Positions 39,928-48,401 are shown, counted from the first letter of the stretch. The stretch is DNA of 64,000 nt from Gaiellaceae bacterium (GCA_035652835.1 DASRDA010000003.1:32076-96075); one strand, 5' to 3'. Numbers and translations: made by a program. The notes: a model not told the origin generated them from the sequence alone.

Positions 39928-40308
39928 ATGGACGGGTTCACGGTGAAGCGGATCGACGAGCTGCAGTCGATCCATCACGGGATGGTGAAGCTCGCGGGCG
40001 CCGAGCTCGGAGTCGAATCGTTCGGGCTGCAGGTGCTCGACTTCCCGCCCGGGTTCGAGCACTACCCGGAGCACGACCACGCCGAGGACGGGCAGGAGGA
40101 GGTCTACGTCGTGCTCGAGGGCTCGTGCGATCTCGAGGCGGGGGGCGAGCGGATGTCGATGGGCGCCGGCGCGATGGCGCGGGTCTCGCCCGGCACGAAG
40201 CGCAGGATCGCCCCCGGCGAGAGCGGAGTCCGCGTCCTCGCGATCGGCTGCACGGCGGAAGGCGCCTACGAGCGGCCGGAGGACTTCCGGCTCGCGGCGC
40301 ACGCATGA
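39928..40308 (+). CDS. cupin domain protein
   Basis: ATG preceded by AAGGAGG. Cupin metal motif context HYPEHDHAEDGQEEVYVVLEG. 126 aa. Confidence 0.75.
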   Translation: MDGFTVKRIDELQSIHHGMVKLAGAELGVESFGLQVLDFPPGFEHYPEHDHAEDGQEEVYVVLEGSCDLEAGGERMSMGAGAMARVSPGTKRRIAPGESGVRVLAIGCTAEGAYERPEDFRLAAHA

Positions 40309-40871
40309 CCGCCACGGCGGCAGCGCGGGCGCAGGTGGTCGCGGCCGGCGCCGACCCGATCTGGTTCCTCGGCACGGTCGCCCGGATGAAGCTGACCGGC
40401 GACGACACCGGAGGCCGCTTCGCGCTCTGGGAGGGCGTGCTCCCGCACGGCGCGGCGCCCCCGCTGCACTCGCACCCGCAGGACGAGACGTTCTACCTCC
40501 TCGACGGCGAGCTCACCGCGTGGCTCGTGGCGCCCGAGGACGCGGACGGCCCGGACTGGGTCGAGGCGTGCGCGCGGCCGTGCCGGCCGGGCGCGGCGAT
40601 CTTCGCGCCGGCGGGAACGCCGCACTCCTTCCGTGTCGAGTCCGACACGGCGCGGATGCTCTTCCTCTCGACGCCGGCGGGGATCGAGGACTACGTCCGC
40701 GAGCTCGGGGAGCCCGCGCGCTGGCCGTGGCTGCAGCCGCCTCCGGACGGCCCGCGCGTTCCGCCGGAGCGCGTCGCGGAGGTCGAGGGACGGCTCGGGA
40801 TGGTGCGCCACGCGCCGCCGCCCCCGCAGCTCACGCCACCGGCTCGCGCGCCGACAGGGGACGGGCGGTGA
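40305..40871 (+). CDS. cupin domain protein (second, translationally coupled)
   Basis: ATGA overlap with the previous cupin. PPLHSHPQDETFYLLDGEL ... GTPHSF. The 3' end overlaps the convergent ABC exporter by 41 nt. Confidence 0.7.
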   Translation: MTATAAARAQVVAAGADPIWFLGTVARMKLTGDDTGGRFALWEGVLPHGAAPPLHSHPQDETFYLLDGELTAWLVAPEDADGPDWVEACARPCRPGAAIFAPAGTPHSFRVESDTARMLFLSTPAGIEDYVRELGEPARWPWLQPPPDGPRVPPERVAEVEGRLGMVRHAPPPPQLTPPARAPTGDGR

Positions 40872-42633
40872 GCGCGGCGTAGCGGCCGCCGGCGGCGACG
40901 AGGTCCTCGTGGCGGCCGGTCTCGACGATCCGCCCGCGGTCGAGCACGACGATCTGGTCGGCGTCGCGGATCGTCGAGAGCCGGTGCGCGATCGCGATCG
41001 TCGTGCGGCCGGCCGACAGGCGGTCGAGCGCCTCCTGCACGAGCCGCTCCGTCTCGGCGTCGAGCGAGCTGGTCGCCTCGTCGAGGACGAGGATCGGCGG
41101 GTTGCGGAGGATCGTGCGCGCGATCGCGATCCGCTGCTTCTCGCCGCCCGAGAAGCGGTAGCCGCGCTCGCCGACGACCGTGTCGTAGCCGTCGGGCAGC
41201 GAGGCGATCAGCTCGTGGATGCGGGCCGCGTCCGCGGCGAGCTCGATCTCCTCGTCGGTCGCCTCCGGCCGCGCGAAGCGGAGGTTCTCGCGCACCGAGC
41301 CGTGGAAGAGATACGTCTCCTGCGACACGACGCCGACGAGCTCGGCGAGTGCCTGGAAGCTGAGGTCGCGCACGTCGACGCCGCCGATCGTGATCCGGCC
41401 GCGGTCGACGTCGTAGAGCCGCGCCGCGAGGTAGGCGAGGGTCGTCTTGCCGGAGCCGGTCTCGCCGACGATCGCCGTCGTCGTCCCGGCCGGGACGGTG
41501 AACGAGACGTCCTCGATCGTCCACTCGTCCCCGTAGCGGAACCACACGCCGTCGAAGACGACGTCGCCGGCGGGCCCCTCCGTGATCGCGTCGGCCCGCT
41601 CGGCGATGTCGACCGGCTGGTCGAGGTACTCGAAGATGCGGTCGAACAGCGCGAGCGACGTCTGGACGTCGAGCCCGACGCCGAGCAGCGAGCCGACGGG
41701 GAAGAAGAGCCGCGTCTGCAGCGTCGTGAACGACACGAGCATCGGGATCGACACGGCGTGCGAGCCGTGCGCGAGCGCGAGCCCGCCGAACCAGTAGACC
41801 GCGGCCGGCATGATCGCGAAGCTCGTCTGGATCGACGCCATCACCCAGCGTCCGGCCATCCGCTGGCGCACCTCGAGCTCCGCGAGCCGCAGCGAGTCGG
41901 CCTCGAAGCGGTCGGCGAGCTCGTTGCCGCGGCCCATCGTCTTCCCGAGCAGGATCCCCGAGACGGAGAGCGACTCCTGCACGAGGCTCGAGATGTCCGC
42001 GAGCGTCTCCTGCGTCGTCTTCGCGATCCGCCGCCGCTCGTTGCCCACGCGGCGCGTCAGCCAGACGAAGAAGGGGATCAGCGCGAACGCGAACAGCGCC
42101 AGGCGCCAGTTCAGCACGAGCATGCCGACCATCGTCGCGCCGACCGTCGTCACGTTCGACGCGATCGACGTCGCGGTGTTCGTGACGACGTTCTGCACGC
42201 CGCCGATGTCGTTCGAGATCCGCGACTGCACCTCGCCCGTCCGCGTCCGCGTGAAGAACGCGAGCGAGAGGCGCTGCAGGTGACGGAACACGGCCGCGCG
42301 CAGGTCGTGCATCACGCGCTGCCCGACCTGGTTCGAGAGCAGCGTCTGGACGACGCCGAGCACACCGGTGACGACCGCGATCGCGATCATCGCGGCCGCG
42401 TTCTTCGACAGTGCGGTCGTGTCGTCGCGCCCGATCGCCTCGAGCACGCGCTTGAGCAGGAACGCGGGGAGGACCCCCAGCCCGGCCGAGGCGACGATCA
42501 GCAGCAGCACCGCGCCGAGGCGCAGCCGGTACGGCGCGAACAGCCGGCCGACGCGACGCAGGTTCGCGCGCCGCACGAGCGGATCGGCGGGGCGCTCGGG
42601 CGCCGCGGCGGCGGAATGGAAGAACATCCCCAT
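40831..42633 (-). CDS. ABC exporter, fused permease/ATPase (MsbA/MdlB-like half transporter)
   Basis: ATG 42633. Six-TM ABC_membrane domain, Walker A GETGSGKTT, signature FSGGEKQR, Walker B ILVLDEATS. Confidence 0.9.
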   Translation of the reverse strand: MGMFFHSAAAAPERPADPLVRRANLRRVGRLFAPYRLRLGAVLLLIVASAGLGVLPAFLLKRVLEAIGRDDTTALSKNAAAMIAIAVVTGVLGVVQTLLSNQVGQRVMHDLRAAVFRHLQRLSLAFFTRTRTGEVQSRISNDIGGVQNVVTNTATSIASNVTTVGATMVGMLVLNWRLALFAFALIPFFVWLTRRVGNERRRIAKTTQETLADISSLVQESLSVSGILLGKTMGRGNELADRFEADSLRLAELEVRQRMAGRWVMASIQTSFAIMPAAVYWFGGLALAHGSHAVSIPMLVSFTTLQTRLFFPVGSLLGVGLDVQTSLALFDRIFEYLDQPVDIAERADAITEGPAGDVVFDGVWFRYGDEWTIEDVSFTVPAGTTTAIVGETGSGKTTLAYLAARLYDVDRGRITIGGVDVRDLSFQALAELVGVVSQETYLFHGSVRENLRFARPEATDEEIELAADAARIHELIASLPDGYDTVVGERGYRFSGGEKQRIAIARTILRNPPILVLDEATSSLDAETERLVQEALDRLSAGRTTIAIAHRLSTIRDADQIVVLDRGRIVETGRHEDLVAAGGRYAALTARPLSAREPVA

Positions 42634-42677
42634 CGCGAGCAGCGTACGCCGCGCGCCGCGGCCGGCGGCCGTCGCGA

Positions 42678-43442
42678 TTACGCCGGCGCGAACGGGAAGC
42701 CGGGCGTGGCGTACGTCGTGCCGTCCTCGAGGATCGAGAGTGCCTCGTAGCCGCGCAGCCTGGTGGTCCACCTCGGCCCTCGTTCCGCTCCCATCGCGAA
42801 GGCTGCGGTGGCGTAGACGTCGGCCCGCGCGAGCTCGGGGCCGGTGACGGTCACCGAGAGCAGCCCGCGCGGCGGCCGGCCGGTGTGCGGGTCGAGAATG
42901 TGCTCGCCGCGGCGGTAGGCGCCGGAGGTCGCGACGGCGCCGTCGCCGAGCTCGACGACCGCCGCGAGCGCGCCGCTCTCGAGCGGGTGCTGGATGCCGA
43001 CGCGCCAGCCGTCGCCGGGCAGCGCGCGGCCCGCGAGGCGCATGTCGCCGCCCGCGTTGACGGCGACGTTGCGCGCGCCTGCGGCGAGCAGCACCGCGGC
43101 GGCGCGGTCGACCGCCCAACCCTTGACGTACCCGGACGGGTCGAGCCTCCCGGCGGGGCGGGCGTCGAAGTACCCGCGCGTCTCGAGGCGGTACGACTCG
43201 CAGGCGTCGAGGACCTCGCGCACCTCCGGCGACGCGCGGTCCGGGAGGAGCCCGCCGCGGGCGATGCGCGAGATCTCGCTCGTCGCTCGGTAGGTGCTGA
43301 AGGTCTCGTCCACGTGCCGGAGCCACGCGAACGCGACGTCGACCGCGGCCTCGTCGACGTCGTCGTCGCGCACGTCGACGACGACGGGCATTCCCATGAC
43401 GTGCTCGACGCGCGCGAGCCCGGGGCGCGTCGCGGCGCTCAT
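42678..43442 (-). CDS. apbE: FAD:protein FMN transferase (ApbE family)
   Basis: 254 aa with ApbE-family similarity (HVMGMPVVVDV, DPSGYVKGWAVDRA, ATSGAYRRG). The ATG overlaps the stop of the FMN-binding gene (ATGA). Confidence 0.85.
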   Translation of the reverse strand: MSAATRPGLARVEHVMGMPVVVDVRDDDVDEAAVDVAFAWLRHVDETFSTYRATSEISRIARGGLLPDRASPEVREVLDACESYRLETRGYFDARPAGRLDPSGYVKGWAVDRAAAVLLAAGARNVAVNAGGDMRLAGRALPGDGWRVGIQHPLESGALAAVVELGDGAVATSGAYRRGEHILDPHTGRPPRGLLSVTVTGPELARADVYATAAFAMGAERGPRWTTRLRGYEALSILEDGTTYATPGFPFAPA

Positions 43443-43888
43443 GCCTTGCGCGCCGCCAGGAGCGCCGCCTGCAGCGACTGCTCGAAGCCCTCGCTCGTGT
43501 CGGTCGCCCCGGAGACCATGTCGACGTTCGGGTCGAACTGCGCGCGCAGCACCTCCTGCACGAGGATCGGCAGTGCCTGCTGGTTGATGAAGACGGAGCG
43601 GTCGGTGTGGTTCGGGTACACCGGCACGCCGACGGAGACGATCCGGCGCTTCACGGTCTTCCGCTTGCCGACGATCGTCGTCGTCCTCTTCACGACCAGC
43701 GTCACCTCGACGTTGCCCCAGCGGCCGGCGAATCCCTCGGATCCGGTCACGCGGACGGTCTTCACGACCACGCGCTTCTTGGCCGCGGTCGCCGTGGTGG
43801 CGGACGTTTCGCGGAGCGCCGCCGCGGCGTTCGCGGCGGGGAAGGCGAGCGAGGCCGCGGCCAGCGCTCCGGTGACGGTCTTCCTCAT
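43439..43888 (-). CDS. secreted FMN-binding domain protein (flavinylation substrate)
   Basis: Signal peptide followed by an FMN_bind-like domain with the acceptor motif DMVSGATDTS ([S/T]GA[S/T]). Confidence 0.8.
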   Translation of the reverse strand: MRKTVTGALAAASLAFPAANAAAALRETSATTATAAKKRVVVKTVRVTGSEGFAGRWGNVEVTLVVKRTTTIVGKRKTVKRRIVSVGVPVYPNHTDRSVFINQQALPILVQEVLRAQFDPNVDMVSGATDTSEGFEQSLQAALLAARKA

Positions 43889-43909
43889 CGTGCTCTCTCC
43901 TCTCGTCTT

Positions 43910-45295
43910 TCACAGGGCGAATCGTTCGGCGTGCAGGTCCTTGCGCGCGACGCCCGCGGCGCGCGCATTGCGCGCGACGGCGTCGGTCAGGCCGGCGGGG
44001 CCGCAGACGTAGACGTCGCGCGCCCGCAGGTCGGGGACGAGCTCGAGCAGGTGCTCCGGCGACAGCAGGCGCGCCCCGTCCGGCGTCCGGTGGTCGCCGG
44101 CGACGACGCGCACGTCGATCGCTCGCGCGGCCGCGATCCGCTCCAGCTCGTCGCGGAATACGACCTCGTCCTCGTCGACGACGCGGTAGAGGACGATCGT
44201 GTCGCCCTCGATCTCCTCGAGCAGTGCGCGGATCGGCGTGATCCCGATCCCGCCCGCGATCAGCAGCTTCTTCGTGCGGCGGCCGACGTCGGACGTGAAG
44301 CGGCCGAACGGGCCTTCGACGAGCACGCGCGTCCCGGGGCGGATGCTCGCGAGGCGGGCGGAGTGGTCCCCGAGCGCCTTGACCGTGAGCCGCAGCTCCG
44401 TGCGGGTGGGCGCGGCCGACAGCGAGTAGGGGTGCGCGCTCCACCAGCGGCTGCGGTCGAGGAAGCGCCACAGGAAGAACTGCCCGGCGCGCGCGTGAAG
44501 ACGGTCGAGGTTGCGTCCCGCGATGCGGAGCGAGACGACGCCGGGCCCCTCGTGCTCCACGTTGGTGACGTGCAGGCGGAAGCGGAACGCGTTCACGATC
44601 GGCGCGGCGACGCGGAAGACGACGAGCAGCGCGAGCGCCGCGGCGTAGAGCGCGCGCCAGTAGTCGGCCGCGACCTGGTCGAGGACGAGCTCGTTGCCGG
44701 TCGGGATCTGGTGGAACCACGCGAGCGCGATCGCCGCGTACGCCGTCAGGTGGACGGCGTACCAGGCCTCGTAGGAGAGTCGCCTGCGCACGATCGCGAT
44801 CGAGCTTGCGACGACGACGAGCCAGAGCGCGGTGCCGATCGTCGCGGTGATCATCCCCGGGTAGATCCCGCCGCCGAGCATGGTCGAGATCTCCTTCGCG
44901 ATCGTGAAGCGGTCCATGAGCGCGTAGCCCCACACGCTCAGCACGACGTGCGCGACGACGAGATAGAGCGTCGCGTGGCCGAGCACGCGGTGCCAGACGC
45001 TCAGGCGGTCGAAGCCGGCGAGGCGCTCCAGCCACGGGATGCGGCCGAGCAGCACGACCTGCACCAGCGCGACGTAGGCCGCGAAGAGGCCGGTGAGCCG
45101 CGCTGCGCTCGTGAGCGCCTCGCCGGTCGTCTTGACGCCGACGACGTTGCCGCCGTGCCACCAGAGCCAGAGGATCGCGACCGCGTTGCCGAGCAGCGCC
45201 GTCCAGACGAGCGCGGCGACCGGTGCGCGTGCTCTCGCAGCCGCGGCGGCGGCGCGTGCGGGCGAGCGTTCGAGGGCGATGCCGGCGTCGGTCAC
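43910..45295 (-). CDS. ferric reductase-like transmembrane protein with FAD/NAD(P)-binding domains
   Basis: TM heme-binding-type domain (His-containing helices), FAD motif HPYSLS, and NAD motif LLIAGGIGITP. GTG 45295 was chosen. The track start at 45490 runs through non-coding repeats with poor codon usage. Confidence 0.8.
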   Translation of the reverse strand: MTDAGIALERSPARAAAAAARARAPVAALVWTALLGNAVAILWLWWHGGNVVGVKTTGEALTSAARLTGLFAAYVALVQVVLLGRIPWLERLAGFDRLSVWHRVLGHATLYLVVAHVVLSVWGYALMDRFTIAKEISTMLGGGIYPGMITATIGTALWLVVVASSIAIVRRRLSYEAWYAVHLTAYAAIALAWFHQIPTGNELVLDQVAADYWRALYAAALALLVVFRVAAPIVNAFRFRLHVTNVEHEGPGVVSLRIAGRNLDRLHARAGQFFLWRFLDRSRWWSAHPYSLSAAPTRTELRLTVKALGDHSARLASIRPGTRVLVEGPFGRFTSDVGRRTKKLLIAGGIGITPIRALLEEIEGDTIVLYRVVDEDEVVFRDELERIAAARAIDVRVVAGDHRTPDGARLLSPEHLLELVPDLRARDVYVCGPAGLTDAVARNARAAGVARKDLHAERFAL

Positions 45296-45384
45296 GCGAC
45301 GGAGCGTCGCAACGCCGCCTGAGAGCCGGCTGAGAGTCTCGCCGACGTCCGATGTGAGTCGAGGGCATGCGTGGGGGCGAACCT

Positions 45385-45574
45385 CCGGGGCCTGGTACGT
45401 GCCTGGCCCCGGAGGTTCCCCCGACCCCGTCGCCGCGCATGCCGCGGCGGGCGCGTTTCCCCCGCTCGTGCAGCGCCTTTGCGACGTCACACTTCTGACA
45501 CGTGCCTGGCACGTGCCTGACCCCGGCGCACGCTGCCGCGAGGACGCCGGGGCCTGCTACGTGCCTGACCCCGA
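45385..45574. repeat. cluster of GC-rich quasi-palindromic repeats (CCGGGGCCTGSTACGTGCCTGRCCCCGR)
   Basis: Copy 1 is at 45385..45412, inside a 14-bp-stem hairpin at 45379..45418. A partial or duplicated copy is at 45500..45526 and includes the palindrome GGCACGTGCC. Copy 3 is at 45547..45574. All lie in the ferric-reductase / Mn-catalase divergent region. Confidence 0.7.
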
Positions 45575-45694
45575 GTGCGACCCCGGATGCGGCTCCGGAA
45601 CGCGTGCACGTGCGCGGCGCGCGGCGCGGGTTTGCCAGCGCCCGCGCACGGTGAGAGGTCGAGCAACGAACGACGACACACGAGGAGGCCCGCG

Positions 45695-46681
45695 TTGATC
45701 CTGCGTCTCGAGAAGCTGCAGACCGAGCTGCCGCCGCCGTCCGAGCCCGATCCCGCCGGCGCCGCGGCGGTGCAGGAGCTGCTCGGCGGCAAGTTCGGCG
45801 AGATGTCGACCTGGCTGAACTACACGTTCCAGTCCTTCAACTTCCGCACGCGCCAGGGAGCGCGACCGTTCTACGACCTGCTGTGCAGCATCGCCACCGA
45901 GGAGTTCGGCCACGTCGAGCTGGTGTCCGCGACGATCTGCACGATGCTCACCGATCCCGGCGACCCCGGCGACGGCCGGGCGCCCGACGCGGCGCTCGCC
46001 GATCTGAAGGGCGTCGGCAACCCGCACCACGTGATCGCGGGCGGCCGCGGCGCACTGCCGCAGAACTCGCAGGGGCGGCCGTGGAACGGCGACTACGTGT
46101 TCTCGTCCGGCGACCTGATCGAGGACCTGACGCACAACTTCTTCCTCGAGACGGGTGCGCGGAACAACAAGCTGAAGGTCTACGAGCTCGTCGAGCATCC
46201 GGCGGCGCGCGCGCTGACCGGCTACCTGCTCGTCCGCGGCGGCGTGCACCAGGTCGCGTACGCACGCGCGCTCGAGCGGCTCACCGGCTGCGACCTGATG
46301 AAGCTCTTCCCGTCGCCGCGCATCCCCACCGAGAAGATCCCGGAGTGCAAGCCGCACCTCGAGCGCGGCGAGCATCTGAAGCTCTACCGCTTCTCGCAGG
46401 ACGCGTACCGCGAGGTGGCCGCCGTGTTCAACGGCCCGCACCCGGAGACGGGCGAGGAGCTGACGATCGCCGACGAGCCGCATCCCGAAGGCGCGCCCGC
46501 GCACGACCTGCCGCCGCAGCCGGACGTCTTCGCCCCGAGCTGGGCGCCGGAGGAGATCGCCGAGGTCGCGCAGCGGCTGCGCAAGCAGGCCGGCCTGCCG
46601 GACGAGCCGGCGGGCGAGGTGTCCGAAGACTCGCAGCACCTCGTCGGCGGCCTGCTCGGCAAGGTCAAGGCGAAGGCGTAG
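45695..46681 (+). CDS. manganese catalase family protein
   Basis: TTG 45695 lies 5 nt after GAGGAGG. LQTELP...PDPAGAAAVQELLGGKFGEMS...ATEEFGHVELV match the di-Mn catalase helices. The track start at 45575 is unlikely. Confidence 0.85.
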   Translation: MILRLEKLQTELPPPSEPDPAGAAAVQELLGGKFGEMSTWLNYTFQSFNFRTRQGARPFYDLLCSIATEEFGHVELVSATICTMLTDPGDPGDGRAPDAALADLKGVGNPHHVIAGGRGALPQNSQGRPWNGDYVFSSGDLIEDLTHNFFLETGARNNKLKVYELVEHPAARALTGYLLVRGGVHQVAYARALERLTGCDLMKLFPSPRIPTEKIPECKPHLERGEHLKLYRFSQDAYREVAAVFNGPHPETGEELTIADEPHPEGAPAHDLPPQPDVFAPSWAPEEIAEVAQRLRKQAGLPDEPAGEVSEDSQHLVGGLLGKVKAKA

Positions 46682-46760
46682 CCGCCGCGCCCCGCGTGCG
46701 CTCCCCCGAAGGAGGGAGCGCACGCGGACGCCGACGCGCGTTCGGCTAGCCTCGAACGCG

Positions 46761-48368
46761 GTGTCGGCATGGGTCGGAACTCGCCGGCGGCTGCTCGGCA
46801 GCGCCGTCGCCGCCGCCGCGGCCGTCGTCCCTATCGCGCGGGCGGCGCGCCGCGCGACGCTCCTCTCCGGCGTCCGCATCGGCAACGGCGGCCACGCGTT
46901 CGCCGGCGACGGCGAGCTGCTGACGACGCTCAGTCCGTTCGGCGAGCGCCGCGTCGCGCATCTGCGGTTCGTGCTCGCGCGGCGCGCCCGCGTCGTCTTC
47001 GACGTGCTGCAGACCGGGCAGGGCGCGGCGTCGGAGCAGCCCGTCACGTCGGGCAGCTCCCAGGTCGGCTCCCGCACGCTCGAGCTGCCCCCCGGCGAGC
47101 ACGTGCTCGACTGGCAGCCGGACCCGTCGCTGCCGGCCCGCACCTACATCCTGCAGGTGCACGTCGCCGGGCTCGCGGGCGCGACGGCGCGCTGCGTCGC
47201 GCGCCTGCTCGGCGTGGACGCCGGCTTCCTCGTCCGCAGCGCACAGCCGGGAGACACCGCGCAGCTGCTCATCCGCACCGACGCCCCCACGCTGCGCGTG
47301 CAGATCCTGCACAGCGGCCCCGAGGACGAGCCCACGTACGCGAACGACCTCGTCAACGGCGTCCCGGTCACCGAGCCGGTGGAGATCGACTGGAGCCGGC
47401 ACGCCGACCGGCCCGCGGCGATCGGCGTGCGTGTCGGCGACTGGCCGACCGGCGTCTACTTCGCGCGACTCGACGCGGACGACGGCCGCACCGGCTTCGC
47501 TCCCCTGATCGTGCGGCCGGCGCAGCCGAGCAGGCGGGTCGCCGTCGTGATGCCGACCAGCACCTGGCAGGCCTACAACTTCTACGACGCCGACGGCGAC
47601 GGGTGGGGCGACACGTGGTACGCGCGCTGGCGGACGACCGTGGTCGACCTGGCGCGGCCGATGGCGTTCCGCGGCGTGCCGTACCGCTACCGCAGCTACG
47701 ACCTCGGCTTCCAGCACTGGCTCGCGCAGACCGGGAAGCAGGTCGACGTGTACGCCGATGAGGACCTCGAGCTCTTTCCCGACCCGGAGACGCTGCGGTC
47801 GGCCTACGACCTGCTCGTCTTCCCCGGCCACACCGAGTACGTCACCGCGCGCGTCTACGACCTCGTCGAGGCCTACCGCGACCTCGGCGGCAACCTCATG
47901 TTCCTCTCCGCCAACAACTTCTTCCGCCGCGTCGACCGCGCCGACCAGACGGTCACGCTGATCGACGAGTGGCGCAACCTGCAGCGGCCGGAGGCGGCGC
48001 TGCTCGGCGTGCAGTACGTCGCGAGCGACCGCGGCCAGCGGCAGCAGCCGTTCACGGTGACCGGCGCCGCCGCGGCGCCGTGGGCTTTCGTCGGCACCGG
48101 CCTCGCCGACGGGTCGCAGTTCGGCAGCTACGGGATCGAGATCGACGCACGGAGCCCGGCGTCGCCGGCCCAGACGCAGGTGCTGGCGACGATCCCCGAC
48201 CTCTTCGGCCCCGGCCGCTCGGCCGAGATGACCTACTACGAGCACGAGAGCGGCGCCCGCGTCTTCTCCGCCGGCGCGCTGAACTTCGGCGGCCAGATCC
48301 TGCTCTGGCCGGAGACGCGGCAGCTGCTCGAGAACGTCTGGGGACGGCTGGCCCCGCCCGCCCGCTAA
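46761..48368 (+). CDS. Tat-signal secreted protein of unknown function (possibly N,N-dimethylformamidase beta-subunit-like C-terminal domain family)
   Basis: Twin-arginine N-terminus TRRRLLGSAVAAAAAV. 535 aa, non-biased composition, high GC3. The family call is recollection-level only (LVFPGHTEYVT, MFLSANNF). Confidence 0.65.
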   Translation: MSAWVGTRRRLLGSAVAAAAAVVPIARAARRATLLSGVRIGNGGHAFAGDGELLTTLSPFGERRVAHLRFVLARRARVVFDVLQTGQGAASEQPVTSGSSQVGSRTLELPPGEHVLDWQPDPSLPARTYILQVHVAGLAGATARCVARLLGVDAGFLVRSAQPGDTAQLLIRTDAPTLRVQILHSGPEDEPTYANDLVNGVPVTEPVEIDWSRHADRPAAIGVRVGDWPTGVYFARLDADDGRTGFAPLIVRPAQPSRRVAVVMPTSTWQAYNFYDADGDGWGDTWYARWRTTVVDLARPMAFRGVPYRYRSYDLGFQHWLAQTGKQVDVYADEDLELFPDPETLRSAYDLLVFPGHTEYVTARVYDLVEAYRDLGGNLMFLSANNFFRRVDRADQTVTLIDEWRNLQRPEAALLGVQYVASDRGQRQQPFTVTGAAAAPWAFVGTGLADGSQFGSYGIEIDARSPASPAQTQVLATIPDLFGPGRSAEMTYYEHESGARVFSAGALNFGGQILLWPETRQLLENVWGRLAPPAR

Positions 48369-48378
48369 TACGCCTTGC

Positions 48379-48401
48379 GATACTACGCCGCGCGTAGTAT
48401 C
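48379..48401. promoter_or_regulatory. perfect 10-bp inverted repeat GATACTACGC-CGC-GCGTAGTATC abutting the PadR start
   Basis: Read directly. It ends 1 nt before ATG 48402, making it a candidate autoregulatory PadR operator. Confidence 0.5.

Noticed and set aside
40633-42750. ORF 40633..42750 (+, 705 aa). The same reasoning applies to 46746..48710 (-), 56965..59607 (-), 42678..45512 (- , upstream part) and 36428..37258 (+)
   Set aside because: These are antisense shadows or upstream read-through extensions of real genes (ABC exporter, Tat protein, MFS/MOSC, ApbE, LAL regulator). The composition is biased. Real starts were identified by motifs, Shine-Dalgarno sequences or 4-nt overlaps.
45385-45574. 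CRISPR-like interpretation of the three repeats
   Set aside because: There are only 2 full copies and 1 rearranged copy, the spacings are irregular (87 and 20 nt between copies), the units are palindromic, and no cas genes are in the window. The repeats fit operators or a REP-like element better.
45093-45698. 201-aa plus ORF containing the repeated peptide AW(Y/H)VPDPG, considered as a possible repeat protein or RiPP-like precursor
   Set aside because: Its first third is antisense to the ferric-reductase-like gene, codon usage is poor, and there is no start context. The repeated peptide is a by-product of the DNA repeats happening to be spaced by multiples of 3.
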